A stretch of 64,000 bases of DNA from Octopus vulgaris (Eukaryota). This document shows, in pieces, positions 12,504 through 23,918 of this stretch. Location: NCBI GenBank assembly GCA_951406725.2, contig OX597821.1, positions 45,818,001 to 45,882,000 on the forward strand, given 5' to 3'. Under the pieces are notes generated by a model. That model saw nothing but the letters and a program-made list of their open reading frames with translations. It was not told the DNA's origin and did not search any database. Each line of letters opens with the position of its first letter. Position 1 is the first letter of the stretch. A program made the translations under genes and the position numbers.

Positions 12504-12700
12504 GGAGATGTACTTGCATAGCAAGTGATTTGATCTGAGATCGTGTGCTGAAACGAAAACAATTGCAGCGTGGAAGGTGTTTGTAAGCCATTTAAGAAAC
12601 ACACAAAAGCCGTTCGATTCACTTCAACATTTAAGTTTAATTTGTCAAAATATTTTCGTCGCTTTAAGACCGCGACCTGTTCACTGACAAAAATCCGAGC
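12500..12700 (-). mobile_element. Short interspersed repeat (PLE pseudo-LTR-like) next to (TA)n
   Basis: Starts at the edge of a (TA)n run and contains the hammerhead fold at 12641-12691. Family assignment is inferred from the ribozyme and context. Confidence 0.5.
12641..12691 (-). ncRNA. Minimal hammerhead-like ribozyme, G3-C8 core variant
   Basis: TTTGTCA-GTGAACA-G-GTCGC-ggtcttaaa-GCGAC-GAAA-ATAT-TT-TGACAAA. Perfect 7-bp stem I, perfect 5-bp stem II, palindromic AATATT stem III. Confidence 0.65.
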
Positions 12701-13037
12701 TAAGAATGTGTAGTGTTTTGTCTGTTCCGCTTGGACAATTAAAGAGAGAAGTGGAAGCGGGACAAACAAATCAAGAACAACGCGCATTCCGCTGAGTAGC
12801 TCTATATTACCTTGAGATACTGTGATCAAATTTTATTTTGTTTGACTTATGTTTGCTCATGTTCTTAGACTACGGAAACTTACAGCTATCAAAACAAAAC
12901 ACTTGCATCTAGTTGACTGTACAGACGTTTTATGTTAAAATAAATGCAGCGAATGTGAAAAGTCACCGAGATATTCAATCCTCTCTGTCTGTCTGTCTGT
13001 CTGTCTCTCTCTGTCTGCCTCTCTGTCTCTCTCTATC

Positions 13038-13095
<58 letters not shown>

Positions 13096-13120
13096 ACCTA
13101 TCTATCTATCTCTCTGTCTA

Positions 13121-13185
<65 letters not shown>

Positions 13186-13192
13186 ATACATA

Positions 13193-13225
<33 letters not shown>

Positions 13226-13231
13226 ATATAC

Positions 13232-13262
<31 letters not shown>

Positions 13263-13297
13263 CATATATATATATATACAAATATATACAAATATAT

Positions 13298-13369
<72 letters not shown>

Positions 13370-13559
13370 CAATCTATGAATGTGTGTATGCGTATTCTCT
13401 CTCTGTAAAATGCATATATATATACCTTGACGCACGGTCGCACATACATGCGCCTCTAAATGTCAGTTGTACGCATAAAAAATTGTGCGTTATCTTTGTA
13501 TATGTCGCTGTATGCATATACTTATATATGTAAGTGTTATTTTTTAAAAATTTATTTTC

Positions 13560-15872
13560 TTAATGGAGTTCAAACCAGTCGCTAATAAAGTGACTGAGGA
13601 ATCTCAAAAGAAGAATATTCGAATTGTCTTAGCAGTTTTCACTGTGCTGATTATAGACTGAACTTGGAAGATACGCGATAGTTTCTTTTGCTCTTTCTTA
13701 GAAAATTCTAATATTTCTAGTTCCTTGCGCAAATCTGTAGTTGCATAGCCTACTGCTTCTATGATGAGAGTTACAAATGAAAATTTATTACCTAGGTAAA
13801 ATAGCTGTGTGTGTCCTACTGGTTCACTATAAATGTTCTTTTTACCTTCTTTTCTGAACTTTTGCTGCATTAGCAACTCATTGTTGTTACTACTGGAATA
13901 TTCCACCAGTGTTCCTTATTTTTAAAGGTGTAAATACATTTTGTTTCCGATATGCCTTTCATGTACCTTTTTGTTTCCGATATGCCTTTCATGTACCTTT
14001 TTGTTTCCGATATGCCTTTCGTCCTGCGGATAACATTGTAAATATTTTTTGCAACTGTATCGGATCTAAAGGCTAAGTAGTATCTAACAGACATTTTGGG
14101 CAGGCAGTTGTGGGTGATATCTTCTACATCCGTAAAATATAACCGAAATTTTCTGTCGTAAAGTGGAGGTTTAATGTCATCTTTGTCTCCCTAGTTCATC
14201 AAGTATGTAGTAGTCATCATCCAGTCCTAAAACCGAAGTCATCCTTTTAAATGGGATGTAATGTATCTATCGTAAGTTCACGAAAGGCTAGCTTGCGAAA
14301 TATGTACCTCTGTAACGTTTTCTTCTCGTATGATGCGTGGTTCTCTTCCAAACTTCTGTTTAAGTAGGTCAGCCTAGCTTCCTTTGGGGACTTCAGACAG
14401 TAGTAAACTCAAAATACCAGCTCAGAAGTTATTCCTCTACTCTGAAGATGTTCTCACTTTTCAGTACGCATGAAAGTCTTTCTTTACTGTTAAGCAGGTG
14501 TTTGGGTGATACAATGCGACATTCAAAGGCTGTTTGAGCCGAACATATGCATCTACCACCACCTTTTCGTCTTACACAGAACCTATCGGTCTCGTTGTTG
14601 ACGCAGAAGTTACCAGTAGCGGTAAGTCTCTTTCTAGTTTTGATGTCCAGGCAGCAGTTCTTATCTAGTATTGAATCTATCATCCCAAATGTAGGTACTA
14701 GCTCTACCATTGAAAAAACATTATGCTGTATGGCCTTGTTAAATACAGATAGCTCTGAGTTCTATATTTTTCGGATTCTCTTGAAGTAATCTTTTGTTGC
14801 ATTGACGCAATCATAGCACCAATGTATGAAACATTTTCATGAATTCCGAGATACTTATAGTATTCATCATTGGAGACCGGGGAGATAGATAAGCCATTGA
14901 TAGTCATTTCTCTGTGTTGTAGTCAGTCAATGTTTGCTTGGTTGACTATCATGTACGAATGTTTATCTTGCTGAAACTCCATTTCTACGCCTCGTGAGAA
15001 AGTTGGGACAAATTCTTAAAGAATATAACTTTGGGGTTAGCAACAAAAAATGTGTGGGTGATTTTACTTTTATTCTTTCCTGCATATCCCAACATGTAGC
15101 TTTGGCATTTCGTCAACAGGGTTAAGGTGGGGCTCACACTACCAAAACAAACAACATTACTATTACCCTTGGATATTCTCGTTCGTAACCTAGTTCCGTT
15201 TATGACTATAGGCTTAGAGTTAGATTGTTAGTGATAACTGTGTAGACTATGCTGTGGCCAGTTTTTCAGTGTTATCAACTATAGAGCTTAATTTTCTATC
15301 AAGATGTAGTGATTCTAGTGTAGATGAGTGATGGACAGAGTAAAACGTCTTCTTGCAGTCTAGTCATGTTGTTAAGAGATTACTGCGATGTTGCGCGGCT
15401 TCCTTGAGGAAAACTTTATTGAGGAGGAGCTATGCAACACAGCCGTGGACTACTTTCTTTTCACCAACTTGTTTATCTATTATCACACTATTTGTTTGGC
15501 AGTGGTTTGGAAAAAGCACAAACAACATTTGTACAATTTATACATAACATTTAAACATGCTGTGGACCCGTAGCTTTTGGCCACATGGGTCTCTTTGTTT
15601 GTGGCGCTTTTAGTCTGTGCAATCGTCAACCAGTCTGGTATGTCTAGCTCAGCGTCCATTCTATTTTTAAACAAGCTCATTAGAGTTCCCTTGTTGAATA
15701 TCTACTTTTTGGACCAATAGTCTATTATCTGATCTCACCCAAGTGGATTTCCGTTCGGTATTTTCATAATAACTGGCAGGAGGGTTTCTCTAGTGTTGTT
15801 ACATATTTTACACAGTACTCATTTCGTAGTTCATTTAACCATGCCGCATCGCGATTCTGTGCCTAGTTTTCG
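13560..15872 (-). mobile_element. R4/Dong-like non-LTR retrotransposon (RT plus restriction-like endonuclease), decayed
   Basis: PDWLTIAQT..K.KETH.AKSY..TACLNVMYKLY; YYKYLGIHENVSY; RLTATGNFCVNNETDRFCVRRKGGGR; CPKMSVRYYL.FRSDTVAKNIYN; KEHWWNIPV; QVQSIISTVKTAKT. Confidence 0.8.
13939..14020. repeat. 30-bp tandem repeat, about 2.7 copies
   Basis: Unit ttttgtttccgatatgcctttcatgtacct; in frame in the LINE as (KGISETKRYM)n. Confidence 0.95.
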
Positions 15873-15913
15873 TCACAGATGAACGTACAAATGTATGTAT
15901 GTATGTATGTATG

Positions 15914-15968
<55 letters not shown>

Positions 15969-15989
15969 GTATGCATGCATGTTTATATG

Positions 15990-16520
15990 TATGTGTGTGC
16001 GCGTGTGTGTATTTATGTATGTATGCATATATGTATGTATACGTGCAAATTTGTATATTTTGTTTTGTTTATGTCTCCTCATGCATATAGTTGCATATGT
16101 AGACATGCTCATATATACTTAAATGATAAACTTCTGGAAAGTCTTACAGATTTTTACAGTTCCAGTGATGGCTTGGATCTGTAGACTTCGAATCAGCTTT
16201 CTCCTTTCTGGTTTTGAGAAGTCTAATTTCTCAAGATTGGTGTTTAGGCAGTGTTACATATCCCAGTGCCTCAATAATTACAGTGTATAAGCCTGAAATT
16301 GTAATCTGGATAGAATAACAGCGTAGGCATTCTCTTTTTCACTGATCTTTCAGCTTTATGTCAACATCCGCTGGGCAGCTGATGTCCACAACTATTCACA
16401 GTTTCTCTTCTCTGTCACAAATCATTGTATCGGGTCTATTGTGTTTATATTTTATTCAGGTTTTTACTGGGACATTCCAACAGTACTCCTTTTTATTATG
16501 AGTGGCTATGACTTCTACCA
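15990..16520 (-). mobile_element. 3' end (RLE domain plus 3' UTR) of an R4/Dong-like LINE
   Basis: KHNRPDTMICDREEKL*IVVDISCPADVDIK (PD-(D/E)xK-like). 3' UTR gagcatgtctacatatgcaactatatgcatgag is shared with 58815-58850 and runs into (CATA)n. Confidence 0.8.
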
Positions 16521-18439
16521 TACTGTGGGATCTGTCTGTCTGTCTGTCATATGTATATACGCACGCACACACTCACGTGCGTATGTATGTATTTACGTAT
16601 GTATATATATACATGCTCATTTGCTTTTTCTTTTTAATTTAGTGGAAACTTTGACTCGCCATAGACTTGGCAGCAAGGTTGTGAAGTAAAGTGTCTTGAT
16701 TTAACCGTTATCAAATCCTAAGAAGGCCTTGCAGATATTTATAGTTCCAGATATCGTGATCATTTGTATCGTACGAATTAAGGATTTGCATTCTCTATGT
16801 ATGTATGTATGTATGTATGTATGTATGTATGTATGTATGTATGTATGTATGTATGTATGTATGTATGTATGTATGTATGTGTGCATGTATGTATGCGTGT
16901 GTGCATGTATGTATGCAGGTATGTACATGTGGTGTGTGGTCGTTTGTGGTTATTTTGAATGAAATGATGATAGTGGCACGTTCTGATCGTGCGTTATGTT
17001 AAGTAGCAAAGGATCATGGGAAGGATATTATAATTGAAAAGAGGCAACAAGTTCTTCAAAATTCTAAACTAGACATAAAAGAATGAAGAGATGAAAAATT
17101 TTTCCTAAACAATTCAATTTTAGTTTACATGTATTAAAAAAAGTGTATTTTATAAGACAAAATATAGTCTTAGTTTTATAGTGAGTATTAACTGGGAGTA
17201 ATTGGAAATATCTGTGTTTATTTTAAAATAACAGGGTTTAGAAAGTGAAAGCTAATAAAAGACAAATTTGATAATGAAAAAATATAAGTATAATAATAGT
17301 GGTACTCATCGCAACATTCATCATTATCACAAGTGAGCAGAGCTACACTGTGGTAGGAAGACAATGTTTATCGATCGACCTAAATTTAACAGCAGCACTC
17401 GGCAGACAAACAAACACGATAAGAGGAATATAAAATGAATATACCGACGGGTTTTGTATAAAGCTAAAAGATTTCTTTACTAGTCATTTTAATATTTCAT
17501 TTATTCAGAAGTATTGTTATCAATCAACTTAAGCAATTTTCCAGAAAATATATTTTAATAATTATCTATTTATATCATATTATACCGTCATAAAATCGAA
17601 AAGTAAAATAAAATAAAATAATGCATATTATTTCATAATATTAGTATACATTAAGAAAAAATGTATTGCTATTTAAAACGTGACAGTGCGATGAAATACT
17701 ATAGGACAGGTACAATGTCATTAATTTTCTTTATCTAGCAGAGGAGGAAGGCGTGTTCAGAGATGAGTAGAAGAAGAATGGAAGGGAGAAACTACAACTC
17801 ATACAAGAAACCTGATTATTTCCAACAGAGTGGACTTATGTTCTTAGCCCCAATGGCCAGTTTCTAAACTGCACAATATCTAGTACGGGTCTCCGGCTAC
17901 CTAAGTTTTCTTGTAGTGAAACACGAGTTTCCGTGCATATGAGATCGAAATAAAAAGAGAGGGATTCTTAAATACAAGGACTTGTTCACTGATTATGAAG
18001 AAAATATACGGACATACAGTGGAAACAGCATACATCAACATTTACATACATACATACGGGTGTATGTATGTATGTATGTATGTATGTATGTATGTATGTA
18101 TGTATGTATGTCTATATAATATATATATATGTATGCATGTGTGTATGTATATATATATATGTATGCATGTGTGTGTATATATATATGTATGTGTGTATAC
18201 ATATAATATATATATGATGTATGTGTATATATATATACATGATATATATGTATGTTTGCATATATATATTATATACATGTGTATGTGTATATATAAATAA
18301 TTTATATATATGTATGTATGTGTGTATAAATATAATATATATATATGTATGTATGTATGTATGTATATACATATATATATGTGTGTGTGTGTGTATATAT
18401 ATATATGTATAATATTTTCTATATGTACTCCATAATGTA

Positions 18440-18723
18440 CCATCAAAATCTACTAAAGTGGCTCACGCAGCAAGAATAATATCTATTTCGCATCGGAACA
18501 AATCGGAATTTTTCGTGCTAAAAATCAGGGCTTGATTGAGAACGATCGGGTTTATAGTGGCATAGTAGCTCTCTATATCAAGTTGTAAGAATTTACTAGT
18601 TTTATTAATTTCAAGAAGCTCGACCCATCCAACCATCTCTTGGGTATCAGACCAGAGGGCTAATCTAATTTTAGACATAAGGCCGGGTATTACCCTGTCA
18701 ATGATATTTTTACTAATAATGCC

Positions 18724-18725
<2 letters not shown>
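18440..18725 (-). pseudogene. Penelope-like reverse transcriptase fragment
   Basis: IGIISKNIIDRVIPGL.SKIRLALWSDTQEMVGWVE...KTSKFLQLDIESYYATINP.VLNQALIFS...EIDIILAA matches the PLE RT pattern (G.ISK.I.D...QW.NT..V..WF....F..FDI..FYPSI). Confidence 0.75.
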
Positions 18726-18755
<30 letters not shown>

Positions 18756-18811
18756 TGTATGTATGTATGTATGTATGTATGTATGTATGCATGTATGTAT
18801 GTGTATATATA

Positions 18812-19062
18812 TATCACGTGATCATTTGACCGACCAGGCTATCAGATGTTGTTATATATCGCTGTTCACAATGCACTTTTGCATTGTTTTAGCCTTCAAA
18901 TGACGCCACCCCTGGGTAGGTGAGCAGGCGAACAATACACACTCATCGAAGGGGGACTGCAGCAATATGAAATGAAATGTTTTGCTCAAGAACACAACGC
19001 TCCGCCCAGTCAGGGAATTGAACCTGTGATCTCTTGATTGTGAGTGCAACGCTCTAACCACT
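18812..19062 (-). mobile_element. tRNA-derived SINE, family C
   Basis: atcacgtgatc...gaccgacc..ctatcagatg...acaatgcacttt; minus-strand head tagtggttagagcgttgcactcacaatcaagagatcacaggttcaattccc (A/B boxes). Second copy at 60972-61150. Confidence 0.75.
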
Positions 19063-19073
19063 ATATATATATG

Positions 19074-19131
<58 letters not shown>

Positions 19132-19739
19132 CGTGAAGACACGTTTGTATGTATGCATATCTTAGAAAGTTTATGGGGACATATTGAATTTTTTATTCTT
19201 ATTTTATTTGTTTTATTCTAGCTTTTTTCCCTGAATTGTCACTACAACCCAACTATGTTTAAAATATATAGTCTCGTAAAAGATTACGTTTTAAAAGATT
19301 TAGTTTTAAAATTTACGGTTGGCTGCGCACATTGAAATCGAGAAAATGAGATTTAATATTGAAAATTGTTTTATTTATTTATTTACTTAGAATCATAATC
19401 TCCAATATGTCTTTGGTTTAGCGTTCTAAATGCAGAAAATGTTTGAAACAAATACTGAACAGTTGTACTCAGTTGGCTTTTTGTTCATGTGTTGAACTAT
19501 GTGTTTACGCATCAACAAAGGAATTTTATCAAAGCTTCTTTCTAACTGTAGCCACTCTGTTCCTTAATCCTTTATACTTAACCTAAACCCTTACCCATAT
19601 CCCTAAAGTGTAACCTTAAAATTTTAAGTTCCACAAATCTAAATTTGTCTCTTCTAAACTAATATCACCTCTAATCCCTGATCTAAACTTTAATTATTGC
19701 ACATTAAAACCTAAATTCAACTTGCCCACAGCTTGAATA

Positions 19740-21180
19740 TTTCTCACTTCAGTTTGTCATAGTCCACTTCTTTTTATTCAATCCTGTTGTCACCAGGACA
19801 TGCTATGTCAAAGATCAGGCATGCTTTTTCTTTTCTTTTCACCATAACAATGTCAGGTTTCCGATGATAATCTGATGGTCATTGTAAATCATTGCATCCC
19901 ACAAGACTTTGCAATCCTCATTCTCAATAATTCCTTTTGGGATTTGGTCACACCATGTTCTTGATCTTTCTAGGCCATGATTTCTACAAAGCTCCTAATG
20001 GATCATCTTTACCACATTGTCATATCGCCTTTTGTATTTGGGTTGTGCCAATTTCGGGCTTTTATTAACGATGTGTCACACTGTTTTCCACCTCTCACCG
20101 CACATTCTGCATTTATCATACTCAGTTGTTTTATCAATTCTGCAGTTTACATTAATTTGTCCTCAATACTTGTTTTTATGCCACGCTTACAAATGCTTCT
20201 GTTTCTATCTTCAAGTCACTCCTCCGCATTCATAACCACAGGCCATCTGCATCTGTCTTTGCGCTCGTATCTCTTTGCAAACTGACCGTGCATTTTCTTT
20301 CCCTTCCATGCCATTTCATTTTCCGTGTTGTTTTCTTTCCTCTTTAAAATTCTCTTTTTTAATATAATTATTAGTTTTGATGATGGAGAACTTTTTCACA
20401 TACATCAAAATTGGTTCCACAGCACTTTTTACATACAATCCCAAACTGTTTTCCTCTGATTCAGCACAATCCTGGCAACTGACCAAACCTCTCTCAACCT
20501 TTCTTCTGAACAAGTACAATGTCAGTAGTTAGCATATTGTCTTTCTTTTGCCAGTTTATGATTCCAGCTCCATAATTATGTGATGCTATCGCCCATGTAT
20601 TTGCTGCTTGTATTTTATACCATCCAGTCAATTCGAGCGCAGCAATTTCAATCGCAGTCTTCAGAAATACTCTTTTTTCAGCTGTTCTTCCATTTTCTTC
20701 TCAATGATTTCTTTGAACTCTAATATGTCAAGATGCTTATAGCCTTCCTTTTCAATGTGTTTCATTACTTCCCTATTTGGTAATTGTATCCCTGCTAGGG
20801 ACTGTACCTTGCCTCTTTTCAGGTTGGTTATACCACACTTATTGAGTCTGAATTCAATCTCAATATCAGTACTACAAAATGGTCCGTATTGACCCGGGAA
20901 CTCACTTGTATTTCATCCTTGCGATACAGCTTCAAATCACTCAAGAAGAGAAAGTTGATTTTTTTTAACTGATATCCCACGTTCTCTTTCCTCGGCACCA
21001 AGATCAGAGTGATCATGCAAAATACTAAAAATAACGGACATATGCTATCTCCTTGGAAAATCACACTCTTGATGCCCACAGTACCCAAGCTTTGTTCGTA
21101 CATGTCAACTTAGCTTTAAGAATCCACCATACTTCTCTTCAGAAAGCATGTTACATTTCTTGCAATTCCATATCAATTTT
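19740..21180 (-). mobile_element. Second R4-like (RLE) non-LTR retrotransposon family, decayed
   Basis: VGIKSVIFQGDSICPL.LVFCMI; FL.DLKLYRKDE; YKHLDILE; LFRRKVERGLVSCQDCAESEENSL; WDA...HQII.KPDIVMVKRKEKACLIFDIACPGDNRIE. Confidence 0.8.
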
Positions 21181-22386
21181 TCTATATTAATACGCTAAAG
21201 CCGACATGTGTTGCACTGTCACGTGATTAGTTGAAAGGAAAGGCGAAGAACGAGAGAGAAAGAAGTCTCAACGATGTGAGGCAGGAGGAACGAAATATTT
21301 ATCACGTGGTTAAAAAGTTAATTGAAAGGTGTGATATAGAGAAAGAGTTAAAAATACAATGTATAGCAGAGTGGTGACGAGGTTAGAGAGAGAGAGAGAA
21401 ATATAAAGAGGTAAATTTATATTTGGCAGCGGTAAATTTCAAACATATATTATTGTAACTAACAAGAAATAGTATTATAATATTCGAGTTTTTTATATCT
21501 TCCATCTGTCAATCTATTTGCCTATCCACTTCGACAAATACATCGATTGGTAGACCGAAGAAAGAATAATAATAATAAACTTAGAAAGATAGATTTTTCA
21601 ATGAAGCTTAGCAAAATAGCCATGAATATTATTATTTTTAAAAAATTTATTATTCGAACTTCGTATTGACAATAAAAGTAGACATGAACAAACTTAGACT
21701 GAGCTTTGTTTCCGAAAACTATTGGTGGTGGTGACGGTGGAGACGGTAGTGAAGGTGGTGATGGTGGTGAGTGGATAGCGCAAAGTGTAGTTTTTGTTTT
21801 TTATTGAACTAAATTTTTTATATCGCCTACCACTTAACGCATGCGCATAAGTGCAATTGTTTGTCATCTGCTTGCTTGAAAACTGACATTTGTTTACAAA
21901 ATATGGATAACAGACAATGTAAGCTAACGAAAGAATGGGATAGTATAGGCAATGATGTAAAGAGAAGCAGAGGGTCGAGTAAGTAGAACAAGCACAGAAG
22001 CATCAACGAGTGAAAGGGAAAATATGAATCAAAAAGTATATTGGAAGTATTTATAACAGATAAAAGAACGTGTTCAAGACAGAATATAAAATTAAAATGA
22101 GAGAAAACGCCAAGAAAACTGTAAACAAATTGTTGAAAGTTACAATATCGGTGACATGAATAGTCTCTGTAATCGTTGTCAAGCTTTTAGATTTATGAAT
22201 GAACCTCTGAAGTGTTGAGAGAGAAAGGAGAAGTCATGCCCTCTCTGTTACAGCTTTATCCAAAACTGAAAGGTGTCTTTTTTAATATACAATTCATAAA
22301 TAAACACTAATTTTTATAACTCTGTATAAACTTATAACCATCTAAAAAATTTCGAATTTACCGTGGGATTTCCACAGGTGCTGCTA

Positions 22387-22388
<2 letters not shown>
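21181..22388 (+). mobile_element. Non-autonomous Helitron remnant
   Basis: 5' TCTATATTAATA start. YNIGDMNSLCNRCQAFRFMNEPLKC at ~22142-22216 matches the Helitron Rep N-terminal motif IG.M...C..C.A..F..E...CC. 3' hairpin CCGTGG-gattt-CCACAGG is followed by a CTAR end. Confidence 0.7.
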
Positions 22389-22422
<34 letters not shown>

Positions 22423-22568
22423 TCCACCGAGGTCGACTTTGCCTTTCATCCTTTCGGGATCGATAAATTAAGTACCAGTTGCATAATGGCGTCTATCTAA
22501 TCGACTGGCCCCCTCCCCCAAAATTTCGGAGTAGAATAGAAAATATTATTATTATTATAATTATTATT

Positions 22569-22599
<31 letters not shown>

Positions 22600-22602
<3 letters not shown>

Positions 22603-23700
22603 TGACTCGTTAGTGACGTCCTTGTCCCAAGAGAATTTCGACCAGATTGGATCGCTTGCTTTGTCGATTCTTCTGTAAAGATCAGTATCTATTAATCAAA
22701 AAATGTATCGGTAGTTTGGGAATGTCGTCCTTGATGATGCGTCGCCACACGTTGAGGCTGACTCATCTGCAGAAATATCTAAACCACTGCGGTGGTGTGA
22801 ACAACGGCGTCGAAAGCAAAAGTGAACTGGTGTGGGCGTCCTTCGTATGGTACGTCTTTCTGCAGCTCATCTCATTTACCGAGTTGCTGTCATGGGTCAA
22901 ACATAGACCACGACTGTCTAACAAAAATGTTACTAGGTGCTCACGCCATTGTACCAGCTGGCCAAATCCGTTACCGGAAAACAATTCAAGATTTCTATAG
23001 GAGACTAGTTGATGGCTTGGGGTTGACTTGGTATCGCAAAAACAGTGGTGTCTTCTGGAGGATTTTCGTCTCAAAGACCATGGACAATTTCCAAGAGTCT
23101 TTTGTATAGTAGTGTTACAAGGGACAATGCTTGTTCGAGACAAGTTTTTCCGGTATGGAAGCGCCAACGGCTAAACATGCCCGCGATGTATGCAGGGAGG
23201 CGAAACTGTCCAGCATGCAAGCATCCAGTGTTTGCACATTAACGACTTTTGGGCTACTGTTGAGGTACTGATGTCTTATGTAAGACGAATCCAACTGTCC
23301 GCCGAGTGTATAATGAAGATCAACGCACCACATTCCTTTGACAGGAAAAGTAGGCAGATCTTTCTTTGCTTTGTGGCTGTGGCAAAAGAGGTTGTGTGGT
23401 GGACTCGTCTGAAAGGTTTGAAGGTAGACACTTTTCTGTGTGGCCTAGATTTATCAATTTCTTCAAGTATTATTTGAAGAGGAAGGTGAGGGTAGAGAGG
23501 GAGCTGCTGTTTTATAGCGTGTTTATCAAAAGGAGGTCGGGAGTGCAAGACTGGTGAGGCTGAATGGATCGATTCTGAGTATTCTTTCCTAAGTTGGAAG
23601 AAAGAAATTAAAAGGTGGAACTTTCCATGCCTTAGGGATGGCAGAATAATCCAGGATTAAATGAACTACTCTACTATAGGGGAATCTGTTTATTATTTTC
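22600..23700 (+). pseudogene. L1/Tx1-like LINE ORF2 C-terminal remnant
   Basis: LDRLLCRFF...GSLGMSSLMMRRHTLRL; VRDKFFRYG...TCPRC....ETVQHASIQCLHINDFW (CCHC zf-RVT); AVAKEVVWWTR; pyrimidine-rich 3' tail. Confidence 0.75.
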
Positions 23701-23840
23701 ATTTCTACTTTTATATTCTTTTCTTAAATCCTTATTTAGTGTCTCCTCTTCATCGATGTAAACCCCCACCTGTTTGTGTGTTGTATCTCGTTATTTGATA
23801 TTGTACTCCATGTCTTGGGACCCTGTGGCCAATAAAAAAA

Positions 23841-23918
<78 letters not shown>

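Noticed and set aside
13939-14020. 30-bp repeats as a CRISPR array
   Set aside because: Units are head-to-tail with no spacers, and the context is a eukaryotic LINE.
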